Part shown: positions 48,603 through 57,992 of the stretch, one piece after another
Numbering within the stretch: the first letter of the stretch is position 1
Layout: each line of letters begins with the position of its first letter
NCBI GenBank assembly: GCA_963848965.1
Contig: CAWKFG010000001.1
Location: 512,001-576,000 of the forward strand
Length of the DNA stretch: 64,000 bases
Source: an uncultured bacterium
Lineage (GTDB): Bacteria; Babelota; Babeliae; Babelales; Babelaceae
Reading direction: 5' to 3'
Translations under genes and position numbers: made by a program
The notes under the pieces: model-generated
The model's database searches: none
Told to the model about the DNA's origin: nothing
What the model saw: only the letters and a program-made list of their open reading frames with translations

Positions 48603-49979
48603 ATGAAGAAATGGTTGTTATTAGTAATAGGTATTATAGGTGCTAGTATATACTGGTATGTAAAGCATCCAGTTCTTCTACAAGTTCCTAAAAATCAGCA
48701 ACTCTCTGGCTGGACAGTTGTTATACCGGGAATCACAGGAGATCTTGCTAAACGTAAGCTTATACCTGCATTGTACCAGCTGTATAAAAAGGGTATGCAA
48801 AGTATTATTATTGGTACTGGTCGGCGTGATGCTGCTATTACTGATATTCTTAAAGATGCTAAAAAATTCATTCAAGCAGTTGATGAGCAGCTCTGGAAGC
48901 AATTTGCTCAGATGGTTGTCTATCACAAATTAGATCCAAGCGTACCGACAGATTTTAAAGCACTTGCACAAAGCATTGTAAAACTAGAAGCATCTCACAA
49001 TTTTTCTGGTAAACGTCTTGTATTTCTCTCTCTTCCTGCTGATGTTTTTTGTCAAACTACCAAACTATTAGTTGAAAATGGTATTATTGAGCCTCATAAA
49101 TCTCAGTATATCCTCTATGAAAAACCATTTGGGTGGGACCATGCATCGGCACAAGAAATTAATAAGTGTACTACTTCTTTACTACCTGATAAGCAACTGT
49201 ATCGTATAGATCATTATGTTGCTAAAGGGCTTACGCAAACACTTGCGTATCTTTCTGGCACAAACCTTTTATTTGCTCACGTGTGGGATGGAAAAGCAAT
49301 TGATACAGTATCTGTTCTCTTTCATGAAACATTGGGTATAGAAGGGCGAGGTTCATTTTATGATCGTTATGGTGCGATAAAAGATGTTATGCAAAATCAT
49401 ATGTTACAACTGCTTGCGTTTTTTGCTCTTAATCTTTCTTCTGCAAAAACTTTAGATGAAAGAGCTCATCAAAAAGCTGCATTCTTAAACTCTTTATCAG
49501 TGCAAAATGTACGTCGAGGTCAGTATGAAGGATATCTTGCTGAAAAAGATGTTTCTCCTCATTCAAAGACTGAAACGTATGCTGCAGTTACACTTATAAG
49601 TAATGATCCTCGGTGGAAAGGGGTACAATTTATTTTAGAAACAGGTAAAGCACTTGCTCAAAAGAAAACAGAACTTGTTGTAACCTTTAAACCAGTAAAC
49701 CAAAGTCTTCCAAATCAGCTTACTGTGCAATTTGCGCCAAAAGAGCTTATGTCATTGCGCCTCAATGGCCTTGAAAGCAAACCATTTGACCTTGCTTCTA
49801 GTAGTTTTGAATATCCTGAGGCCTATGAAGCACTTCTTGCCGATGTCCTTACTGAGAAATTAGACTATTCAGTAAGCTTTGAAGAAATTGAAGCGCAGTG
49901 GCGTTTAACAGATAGCATAAGGACTCTGACATCAGAAGTCTCAATCTATCCTAAGGGTATATATCTTGACAAAGTATGA
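48603..49979 (+). CDS. zwf: Glucose-6-phosphate 1-dehydrogenase homolog with N-terminal membrane anchor
   Basis: GITGDLAKRKLIPALY, EKPFG, YRIDHYVAK, GIEGRG.FYD..GAIKDVMQNHMLQ, RWKGV; N-terminal MKKWLLLVIGIIGASIYWY. Confidence 0.8.
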   Translation: MKKWLLLVIGIIGASIYWYVKHPVLLQVPKNQQLSGWTVVIPGITGDLAKRKLIPALYQLYKKGMQSIIIGTGRRDAAITDILKDAKKFIQAVDEQLWKQFAQMVVYHKLDPSVPTDFKALAQSIVKLEASHNFSGKRLVFLSLPADVFCQTTKLLVENGIIEPHKSQYILYEKPFGWDHASAQEINKCTTSLLPDKQLYRIDHYVAKGLTQTLAYLSGTNLLFAHVWDGKAIDTVSVLFHETLGIEGRGSFYDRYGAIKDVMQNHMLQLLAFFALNLSSAKTLDERAHQKAAFLNSLSVQNVRRGQYEGYLAEKDVSPHSKTETYAAVTLISNDPRWKGVQFILETGKALAQKKTELVVTFKPVNQSLPNQLTVQFAPKELMSLRLNGLESKPFDLASSSFEYPEAYEALLADVLTEKLDYSVSFEEIEAQWRLTDSIRTLTSEVSIYPKGIYLDKV

Positions 49980-49994
49980 AATAGTTGTCATATT
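49966..49994 (+). promoter_or_regulatory. sigma70-type promoter
   Basis: TTGACA-17 nt-CATATT with TG extension. Confidence 0.55.
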
Positions 49995-50046
49995 TGAGTT
50001 TAGGGATAAATTTTATAATTTTAATAAGGTGATTCAGGAGTCTCTC

Positions 50047-50124
50047 ATGGACCTTTGTACTAGTTCTTATTGCGTTAATGGTGTTACAGATGCTTATATC
50101 TTAAGTTATCCCTGGCCTGCCTAA
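50047..50124 (+). CDS. Candidate 25-aa leader peptide (MDLCTSSYCVNGVTDAYILSYPWPA)
   Basis: AGGAG 6 nt before ATG, downstream of a promoter, followed by a pyrimidine-rich tract. Confidence 0.5.
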   Translation: MDLCTSSYCVNGVTDAYILSYPWPA

Positions 50125-50292
50125 TAGTTATCTTTTCAATTTTACTCAATTTCTTCTTCTTTCTACTATTATTTCCTGGTGGCCTTTGTGGCCAACTATA
50201 GTTTTTAATTATTAACTTTTGCTTTTTGGGCATACTGCCTAAATAAGTGCTTTTTAAATACGGATTTTTAACTTTATTTTTAGGAAATAGCT

Positions 50293-51138
50293 ATGAATAG
50301 AAGAATATTACTATTTTTTAGTATATGTTTTAGTGGAATTTTAGTCGGAATGCACAATCTTGATAAGACTCAGCCTTGCTACCAGTATAGATTGGCAAAA
50401 CAAGCAGATGTACCAGCTTTACTTGACTTGATTAATACTCAAGCAATCCGTGATAATACAAAGATTGTTATTTTGCCAAAAGTATTTAGAGAAGGTGCTT
50501 TGCGATCGGCGATAGAAAAAAAGCGCATTTTTATTGCTTTAGATCAAGACCGTATTATTGGTTATAAAAAATTGTTTATAATGATGTGCGATCATGAAAA
50601 AAGCGATATCCTTAACGATGAAATTCGTTGCATTAATAATGAACAGAATTGTGTATTTGCAGGTTATATAGATAATGATACTATCTTTGTTCCCTGTGTA
50701 CCGCGCTTAGCTCATAATTGTTATAGCATTTGTATATACAATGGTGGTGATTTTACGTTGCCATCGTATCGTGGCAAGGGCATCAATCAACAGCTTACAA
50801 AAATGGCGTTGCTTTCTCTTGTTGCTGATGTGAAAGACTATATGCATAATCAAGGTGTAAATACTATAACTATGGTTTATGGAGTTACTCAAGCAAATGC
50901 TGGAATATATCCAGGAGCACCATCAGACCGTACTGTAAGTATTAGTAAAGCCTTTAAAGTGTTTATTCACATGGTGGAGGGTTACTTCAAACCGATTACT
51001 TTGCAGCATCAACGATATCGTGCATTTATGCCAACTTTTGATCCAGACTCTCAAGTATTACAGCCGCTGTCAGATGACCAATCCATTCCCGGCTTTGGTT
51101 GCGTATTAACATATATAGTAAGGAGAGAGCATGAATAA
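50293..51138 (+). CDS. Exported GNAT-like acetyltransferase
   Basis: YRLAKQADVPALLDL; acetyl-CoA motif TLPSYRGKGINQQL; signal peptide ending LVG|MHN. Confidence 0.65.
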   Translation: MNRRILLFFSICFSGILVGMHNLDKTQPCYQYRLAKQADVPALLDLINTQAIRDNTKIVILPKVFREGALRSAIEKKRIFIALDQDRIIGYKKLFIMMCDHEKSDILNDEIRCINNEQNCVFAGYIDNDTIFVPCVPRLAHNCYSICIYNGGDFTLPSYRGKGINQQLTKMALLSLVADVKDYMHNQGVNTITMVYGVTQANAGIYPGAPSDRTVSISKAFKVFIHMVEGYFKPITLQHQRYRAFMPTFDPDSQVLQPLSDDQSIPGFGCVLTYIVRREHE

Positions 51139-52414
51139 ACAACTGTTACTTATAACAATCATACTGAGTGTCTGCGGAATATTTTTTGCTTTTTATCACA
51201 TTGATTTTAAAGGGGGCGATAACCGTCCCCTGAATGAACAATTAGTCTCTTTTTTGCAAGACTATATCCGCATTAATACTACTCATCCTCATCCAGAGTA
51301 TGAGAAAGCTATAAGCTTTTTGAAAAAACATGCGCTGGCTGATGGATTTAACTATCAAGAAGTCCTTTTACCTTCTGGTAAAAAGGTTTTCTTGCTTGAA
51401 TTGAAAGGTACTGATACATCGTTGCCAGCACTTGCATTGAATCATCATATGGACGTTGTACCAGCGAGTTTAGAAGGGTGGATAAAAGCTCCTTTTGCAG
51501 GTGAAATACATGAAGGCAGCATTATTGGACGAGGAACTCAAGATATGAAAGGTATTGGTGCAACCCATTATTTTGCATTGAAGGAGCTTAAGAAAGAGGG
51601 ATTTGTTCCGCGCCGTACAATTTACTTATTTGCAGTTCCTGATGAAGAAATTGGAGGCTTTACGGGTACTAAGGAATTTGTTGAAACACCACAGTTTAAT
51701 ACATTAAATATTGGTTTTATTGTTGATGAAGGACATGCGTCAGGTAATAATCAAGTACTTGATATTAAAGTGTCTGAGCGAAAACCGATTCAAGTACTTG
51801 TAACAAGTAAAGGTGAATTAGCGCATGGATCACACCTTATGTGTCGTAATGCTATACATGCGCTTGTTCAATTTCTTAACGCTATGGTTTTGGTTCACCA
51901 GAAACAGCAAGAGCAGATAGGGATTAAGCAACCAGGTCAGCTCTTGTCGTGTAATCTTACTTCTTTAACAGCAGGTATTAAAAAAGAGGGTGGCCATATT
52001 GCATTGAATGTAGTTCCTGACAGTGCACAAGCAACAATTGATATTCGTGTGCCGCCTACTATGAAAAAGCAGGATGTTATAGCGTTATTTGAAAATGCTA
52101 TAAAACAGTATCAACACTTAACCTATACTATCCTTGCGCAGGCAGATGAGGAGCCAGAGTTGGGAGATTATAAAACACCGCTTTACCGGGCTTTGAGTAA
52201 CGTTCTACAGAAATTTGATCTTAGAGCAGAGCCGCATTATTTTGAGGCATCAAGTGATCTAAGATTTTATCAAGCTCGAGGTATTAATGGAGTTGGGTTT
52301 ACTCCGTTTACTATAACTGATAATATTCATGGAGTTAATGAATCTGTGCCAATTGATCATTTAATACGAGGAAAAGATATTACAATGCGGTTTATTAAGG
52401 ATTTTTGTTCTTAA
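51131..52414 (+). CDS. M20 family peptidase / aminoacylase-1-like, N-terminal anchor
   Basis: HHMDVVP, GRGTQDMK, VPDEEIGG, DEG, HGS, NVVP, HGVNE. Confidence 0.9.
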   Translation: MNKQLLLITIILSVCGIFFAFYHIDFKGGDNRPLNEQLVSFLQDYIRINTTHPHPEYEKAISFLKKHALADGFNYQEVLLPSGKKVFLLELKGTDTSLPALALNHHMDVVPASLEGWIKAPFAGEIHEGSIIGRGTQDMKGIGATHYFALKELKKEGFVPRRTIYLFAVPDEEIGGFTGTKEFVETPQFNTLNIGFIVDEGHASGNNQVLDIKVSERKPIQVLVTSKGELAHGSHLMCRNAIHALVQFLNAMVLVHQKQQEQIGIKQPGQLLSCNLTSLTAGIKKEGGHIALNVVPDSAQATIDIRVPPTMKKQDVIALFENAIKQYQHLTYTILAQADEEPELGDYKTPLYRALSNVLQKFDLRAEPHYFEASSDLRFYQARGINGVGFTPFTITDNIHGVNESVPIDHLIRGKDITMRFIKDFCS

Positions 52415-52553
52415 AATTTTCTTGACTTTTTTTGCTGTTGGCATAAAAATGGGTGGGAATTGTGGAAAATCAGCTTGAGTACATGATTTATGATTATTGT
52501 TGCATTCGAATACTCAAGAAGAACCTATTACTATGATTCTCATATAGATACCT

Positions 52554-53873
52554 GTGGATATTCAACTGAGAAAGATTACTGCTATGATGCTACTTCTTTT
52601 TGCTTGTCTTCTATTATTTGGATGTCACCGAGTGAGAATAGAGCGTGAGCGAGTGTGTGTAACTGCGCTTGCGCAAGAAAAATTGGGCTATGATATTCCT
52701 CATTATGTTGTTCCATTAGATACAATGCTACAAAAAGGTATTTCAAGAGACGATGCTATTCGTATTGCACTTGTTAATAATCCGGCATTGCAAGCAGATT
52801 TTGAGTCACTAGGAATAGCAAAAGCAGATTTTGTACAAGCAGGTCTTTTTACAAATCCAACGATAGAGGCTGGATGGTGGTTTCCTATAAAAGCGGATGC
52901 AACACAAATTGGGGTGAGTATTGGCTTTGCTTTAAACGATTTGTGGCAAATACCACTTAAAAAAAGAATATTTAAAGATCAGCTTGATGTTACTGTACTC
53001 AAGGTGCTTGCTTCTGTGCGTACTCTTATTTCTGCAGTAATAGCTGCATATGATGGTGTGCTCTATGCACAAGGAGCTCTTAGGGATAACCGTGCTCTGC
53101 TTTCTGCTATAAGAAGACTTAAAAAAGATATGCAACAGGGAAAAAGATTCGGTTCTCTTACACAAGCAGATGTTGACGCTCTAGAAGGTGCTCGAAAAGA
53201 GCGAGAAATAGAGTTTTTAAAGCTTCAGAATAGTCTTATCAATCAGTCTATAGAGTTACAGTATCTTCTTGGGCTTCCTCATTCCTGTACGCTTATTCTT
53301 ACAGATCGATTAAACTCTGTATGTAAAGATATTCCTGCTGTTCATGAATTAGAATGTTGGGCTCTTAATACAAGGCCCGAGGTGCTTATTGCTCAGATGT
53401 CGGTAAAGGCGCAGGAAAGTCTTATTGCATTAGAAAGAGCGCAACGAGTAAGAGCGGTAGGAGTTGGCGTCTCATTTGCTCGGGATTTTGATACATCGAC
53501 AGGTATTGGCCCTTCTATTCAAGGATCTGTGCCTGTATTTGATGACAATCAAGCGCAGATAGATAAGGCGCACTTTCTTTTGAAAAAAGCACAAAAAGAG
53601 CTTTGTATGGAACAAAGTAAGGTTAGAAAAGAGGTATATCAAGCATATGAGACTGTTAAAAGCATTCAGCGCCAGATTACTCGCTTTACCACTGAAACAC
53701 CTTCTTGGCACGAAAAGATTGTAGCTACACCAGAAGCACAAGCTACTGTTTCAACAGTTCTACAAAGTGAAAGTGCACAGTACGAAGCAAAGAAATCGCT
53801 GTTAGCTTTTACATACGAGCTTACAAAGGCGTGGACAGAATTAGAAAAAGCAGTTGGCAAGAAAGTATGTTGA
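52554..53873 (+). CDS. TolC-family outer-membrane efflux lipoprotein
   Basis: Lipobox LLFGC; AIRIALVNNPALQA, QAGLFTNP, ALNTRPE, VPVFDDNQAQI, ELEKAVG. Confidence 0.85.
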   Translation: MDIQLRKITAMMLLLFACLLLFGCHRVRIERERVCVTALAQEKLGYDIPHYVVPLDTMLQKGISRDDAIRIALVNNPALQADFESLGIAKADFVQAGLFTNPTIEAGWWFPIKADATQIGVSIGFALNDLWQIPLKKRIFKDQLDVTVLKVLASVRTLISAVIAAYDGVLYAQGALRDNRALLSAIRRLKKDMQQGKRFGSLTQADVDALEGARKEREIEFLKLQNSLINQSIELQYLLGLPHSCTLILTDRLNSVCKDIPAVHELECWALNTRPEVLIAQMSVKAQESLIALERAQRVRAVGVGVSFARDFDTSTGIGPSIQGSVPVFDDNQAQIDKAHFLLKKAQKELCMEQSKVRKEVYQAYETVKSIQRQITRFTTETPSWHEKIVATPEAQATVSTVLQSESAQYEAKKSLLAFTYELTKAWTELEKAVGKKVC

Positions 53874-53880
53874 GGATTTT

Positions 53881-54252
53881 ATGAGATTACATTCTATTTG
53901 GTTTCTTTTGAAAATAACCTATGGACTTTACTATTGTATTATTGGTACTGATAAATTTTTTGGATTCGTTACAGAATCACACAATCGAGTAAGTGTGCTT
54001 GCCTTAAAACTTATTCCTCTTTCAATGCAGTACCTTTTATTCTTTATTGGCGCTATAGAACTACTTGTAGGTTTTATGATTCTTACTTTTTGGACAAGGC
54101 TTGGATCGTATCTAGGTTTTATTCTTATGATGATTATTGTTGTTAATATTGTGGCTATAGGCAAGCACTATGATATTGCCATTCATGGTACAACAATTGG
54201 TATAGGAATGCTTGCTTTGGCACAGCTTACACCACTTGTTGGTAAACGGTAA
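53881..54252 (+). CDS. DoxX-like membrane protein
   Basis: GTDKFF, GAIELLVG, YDIA; hydrophobic helices. Confidence 0.65.
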   Translation: MRLHSIWFLLKITYGLYYCIIGTDKFFGFVTESHNRVSVLALKLIPLSMQYLLFFIGAIELLVGFMILTFWTRLGSYLGFILMMIIVVNIVAIGKHYDIAIHGTTIGIGMLALAQLTPLVGKR

Positions 54253-54283
54253 CTCAAAATCCTATTTTTTTAAAGGATGAGCT

Positions 54284-54874
54284 ATGAGACAAGTACTAGG
54301 GGCATATGTATTGTTTGTTGCTTCTGTTTATGCTATGGAGCCTGCGCCAGAAGAATCAAAAGAGAGCTCTTTGTCTGGTTATTTGACGCAAAAAACACGA
54401 AATGCTCTAGATAAAAAGAGCCCTACGAAAGCCACGGGAGATGTGGTTGAAGAGCGGCCTAGAAGTCGTTCTCTATATGAGAGTACTTCAAAAAAAAATG
54501 AAAAGCCAGTAAAGGAAGTTACATCTTTGGGGTCCTCACAGGCAAAATATGAAAATGCTAGGCATCTTTATAGAGAGAATCTACAGAAAGTTATAGCAGC
54601 AAACGCTGCTATTTGTCTTTGGCAAGCGGAGCTTGCAAATGTTAATACTAATGCAAAGCTCGTTTTAAGAAAAATAGATGAGCAAAAAGAGGAGCTTGCC
54701 AGCGCTTGGGCATACGTTAAAACATATCATCTTCGAATGCAAAAAGCTCTTGCTCCTCAACAGAGTACGCTGACCAATGAGCACTTTGAGCAGGCAGAGC
54801 TTCTTATACGAGGTGAAAAATGGCAAAAGCTTGAAGAATATCTTCCTTGTCTCAAGATAATGAGATCAAGCTAG
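54284..54874 (+). CDS. Exported hypothetical protein
   Basis: MRQVLGAYVLFVASVYA|MEP. Confidence 0.65.
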   Translation: MRQVLGAYVLFVASVYAMEPAPEESKESSLSGYLTQKTRNALDKKSPTKATGDVVEERPRSRSLYESTSKKNEKPVKEVTSLGSSQAKYENARHLYRENLQKVIAANAAICLWQAELANVNTNAKLVLRKIDEQKEELASAWAYVKTYHLRMQKALAPQQSTLTNEHFEQAELLIRGEKWQKLEEYLPCLKIMRSS

Positions 54875-54878
54875 AAAT

Positions 54879-55445
54879 TTATATGCGTGGTAACGTAATA
54901 CCAACTTGCTTCATATATTTACCTTTGCGATCGGCATAAGAAACTTCGCAAGATTCTGCTGCTTGAAAGAAGATTACTTGGGCAATACCTTCATGCGCAT
55001 AAATTTTGGCAGGAAGTGGCGTAGTATTAGAAATTTCTAAGGTTACATAGCCTTCCCACTCTGGTTCAAAAGGCGTAACATTGACAATAATACCACAGCG
55101 AGCATACGTAGATTTGCCAAGACAAATAGTGAGTATATCACGAGGAATACGAAAATATTCTATGCTACGAGCTAAGGCAAACGAATTTGGTGGCACTATG
55201 CAAATATCCGTTTCTACTCGGACAAATGAATTTTCTTGAAAGTTTTTAGGATCGACAATAGAGTTATAGACATTCGTAAAGACTTTAAATTCATTAGAGA
55301 CTCGAATATCATAGCCATAGCTTGAAAGGCCGTAACTTACCTGAGCTGTTTGATTTGTCGTTCGTATTTGTCTATCTATAAAAGGTTCTATCATGCCAAA
55401 GTCATGTGCCATATGCCGTATCCATGCGTCAGATTTAATGCTCAT
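54879..55445 (-). CDS. dcd: dCTP deaminase
   Basis: [48 protein letters not shown]. Confidence 0.97.
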   Translation of the reverse strand: MSIKSDAWIRHMAHDFGMIEPFIDRQIRTTNQTAQVSYGLSSYGYDIRVSNEFKVFTNVYNSIVDPKNFQENSFVRVETDICIVPPNSFALARSIEYFRIPRDILTICLGKSTYARCGIIVNVTPFEPEWEGYVTLEISNTTPLPAKIYAHEGIAQVIFFQAAESCEVSYADRKGKYMKQVGITLPRI

Positions 55446-55723
55446 AATTCTTCCTACGTATGATAAAAATGCTTTTTTTCTTAAGGATACTGGCTTGCTT
55501 ATAATAGTCAATGAAAGAGTTGAAGGTCCTGAAGTTTTACCATATTCACGAGCTTTACCATAAGATCTTTAGAGCTTCTAAAATTTTTAAGGATCATGGG
55601 ATAGAGGATTTATATGTTCAAGAGCTTAAAATACAAACGATGTACTGTTGAAAATATAATTTAAAATTTGATAATTTTATAAGTAGTTTAAATACATATC
55701 AAATAATTAAGAAAGGATGCTAT

Positions 55724-56392
55724 ATGACAATAAAGGCATGTATAGCAGCAGTACTTGTGCTGGCAGGCACGGAACTTCTGGCTATGAGAGGAAGACGTGG
55801 CGACGAGTCCCGTGATACACAAGCAAGAAGATTTGAAGCAGGTAGACCACAAGAGGGTTCTTTAAGAGGCTTTAGGGGTTCACGTTTTGGTAGAGAAAGA
55901 TCCGCAGCCCGTCCTTTTGCTGGAGAGCGGTTTGGTCGTAGACTTGAAGCGCGAGATACAGATAAAGGATTTCCAAGAAGATCGCAAGGTAGAGGATTTG
56001 ATGGAGCTCGTCCTTTTGCAGGTAGAAGAGATGGAGTTCATCGAACAGCTCAACGTCCATTTCGATCAGGGCAATTTGCTAAATTCCGTACTCCGCAAAG
56101 ATTTGGGCAGCAAAGAGCATTTTTAAGAAGAACGTTTAGAGGTCACCCATGGAGCTGGTGGAGAAGCCATCATCCGAGATTATTCTCTAGAATATTCCCT
56201 GTCTACTTCTATCGTGTATATGGCTATTACCCGCCAGTATACTATGATTACTACGATACCTATGGTACTTATCCCGTTGTAGAGACTCAAGTGCAATCAG
56301 GCACATCTTTTAGAGCGTGTGTCCAAGACTGTCTCAATACATCAAATTTAAGTGTTGAAAATTGCCTTGGCAATTGTGGTGGCCAAGGATAA
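55724..56392 (+). CDS. Exported Arg/Gly/Phe-rich low-complexity protein with Tyr-rich and Cys-rich tail
   Basis: Signal peptide ending LLA|MRG; RF/RG/RPF repeats; YGYYPPVYY; CVQDC..CLGNC. Confidence 0.7.
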   Translation: MTIKACIAAVLVLAGTELLAMRGRRGDESRDTQARRFEAGRPQEGSLRGFRGSRFGRERSAARPFAGERFGRRLEARDTDKGFPRRSQGRGFDGARPFAGRRDGVHRTAQRPFRSGQFAKFRTPQRFGQQRAFLRRTFRGHPWSWWRSHHPRLFSRIFPVYFYRVYGYYPPVYYDYYDTYGTYPVVETQVQSGTSFRACVQDCLNTSNLSVENCLGNCGGQG

Positions 56393-56399
56393 CCTTTTG

Positions 56400-56429
56400 G
56401 AGGCTGAAAGATCTTTCAGCCTCTTATTT
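56400..56429 (+). terminator. Intrinsic terminator
   Basis: GAGGCTGAAAG-AT-CTTTCAGCCTC followed by TTATTT. Confidence 0.75.
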
Positions 56430-56676
56430 AAAGTGTCTGATTATTCAGATCTGCTCGCCATAATAAAAACTACTTGAACAAAATTCAAATTTCTTATAGA
56501 ATATAAAAGCAATCTTAAGATATATTTTAAGCGGTTTGTTGTACATCGTGCTGAGCATATAAGTCATTGCAAAGTGAGCTTTACTGTTGTATACCTCTGG
56601 TAGGTACTCTTCATTAGCTTAAAATAACAGGTGTTTTTCTCTGTGTAATGGCTCAGATTCTCGCTTAATGGAGTTT

Positions 56677-57858
56677 ATGATGAAATGTATAGTAGTTTTG
56701 GCATGTATAGGAGCCTTTTTCTCTTGTATACAGATAGAAGCAGGTGGGCAAGAGGCTCTTGAGCACTTAGGAAAAGAGGAGCCTACTCTTTCTGGTATTC
56801 CTGCTGATATGCAGCGCTTTATTTGTAAGCTGCTTATTCAAGAACAGGAAAAGAATATAGAAAAAAATAAAGAAGAGTTTGATTGTGAAGACTATGATAC
56901 TCAAGAGGAAAAAGAGATAAAAAGATATAAAAACAATTATAAAGCTCTTGCTTTGCTTGCAGACGCTCTTGCGCCGCTTTTGATGAACAAGCGTTTAACT
57001 GCACTGGTTATAAAGCTTATCGCAGAACGACTGCAATGTTCAGAGTTTTTAGTTGCAACCTATCTAGCTGGTAAAACAACCTATCTGAGTAGTAAAATTT
57101 ACTTGTCTCTATGGCTTAAAAATAGCATTAGTACTACATCCGATAGTGATGTCCTTGCCAAAACTATTAATACGCTTGATCCTGTCTATGATACTAACCC
57201 TTTCTTTGAATCTCTTAAGCAAAAAAATGAAACTCTTATCAAGCTCCTTCTTGTACATGGTGCTCTCCTTTCTGTAGAAAATACTCGTAAAATGACTCCT
57301 TTAATGGTTGCGGCTCATCATCAAGAAGATTTTTTTAAGCAACGGCTTCATGTTGCAGTAGATGCTCTTTATTGTGATCCTCATCAGATAGTACAATCTT
57401 ATCTTAGTAAAAAAGATTACCAAGGAAGAACTGCTCTCTACCATGCAGTCAGAAAAAATAATCTTACTGCTACACAAGAGCTCTTAGGGTCTGGAGCAGA
57501 GATAAACGCAAAAACTAGTACTTCTACGACTTCTCTTCACCGTGCTGCTAGCAATGGAAATAGTGCTATTGTTTCGCTTTTATTGCAGAATGGTGCTCAT
57601 ATTAACGCTCAGGATTTTGGTGGAAAAACTCCACTTATGAGAGCTTTTATAGAGTGGGGTACTTATGCAGAAGAGAAGAAAAAATGGGATGACTATACTT
57701 CAGCTATTAGGGTACTTTTAGAAGATAAAAATATTGACCTTTTGGTAGAAGATAACGAGAATAAAACTGCAGTAGATTGGGCACAGATGCTTGCCGCTAT
57801 TAATATCCCTATTGCTACTTTATTGCCATCTCTTCAAGAAAAGCTTAACTTGCCATAA
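56677..57858 (+). CDS. Exported ankyrin protein with F-box-like motif
   Basis: IEA|GGQE; TLSGIPADMQRFICKLL; GRTALYHA, TTSLHRAA, GKTPLMRA. Confidence 0.85.
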   Translation: MMKCIVVLACIGAFFSCIQIEAGGQEALEHLGKEEPTLSGIPADMQRFICKLLIQEQEKNIEKNKEEFDCEDYDTQEEKEIKRYKNNYKALALLADALAPLLMNKRLTALVIKLIAERLQCSEFLVATYLAGKTTYLSSKIYLSLWLKNSISTTSDSDVLAKTINTLDPVYDTNPFFESLKQKNETLIKLLLVHGALLSVENTRKMTPLMVAAHHQEDFFKQRLHVAVDALYCDPHQIVQSYLSKKDYQGRTALYHAVRKNNLTATQELLGSGAEINAKTSTSTTSLHRAASNGNSAIVSLLLQNGAHINAQDFGGKTPLMRAFIEWGTYAEEKKKWDDYTSAIRVLLEDKNIDLLVEDNENKTAVDWAQMLAAINIPIATLLPSLQEKLNLP

Positions 57859-57900
57859 GAAACCATTTTATATTTCCAAAAATAGCTATATATTAAATAT

Positions 57901-57929
57901 TTGACAAATTTATATTCAAGTTGTAAAAT
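57901..57929 (+). promoter_or_regulatory. sigma70-type promoter
   Basis: TTGACA-17 nt-TAAAAT. Confidence 0.65.
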
Positions 57930-57992
57930 ATATACAAGCATGGTGTAGACTGTGCTTATAATTTATTTTAAAGACTCAAGGGGGATCTTCTT

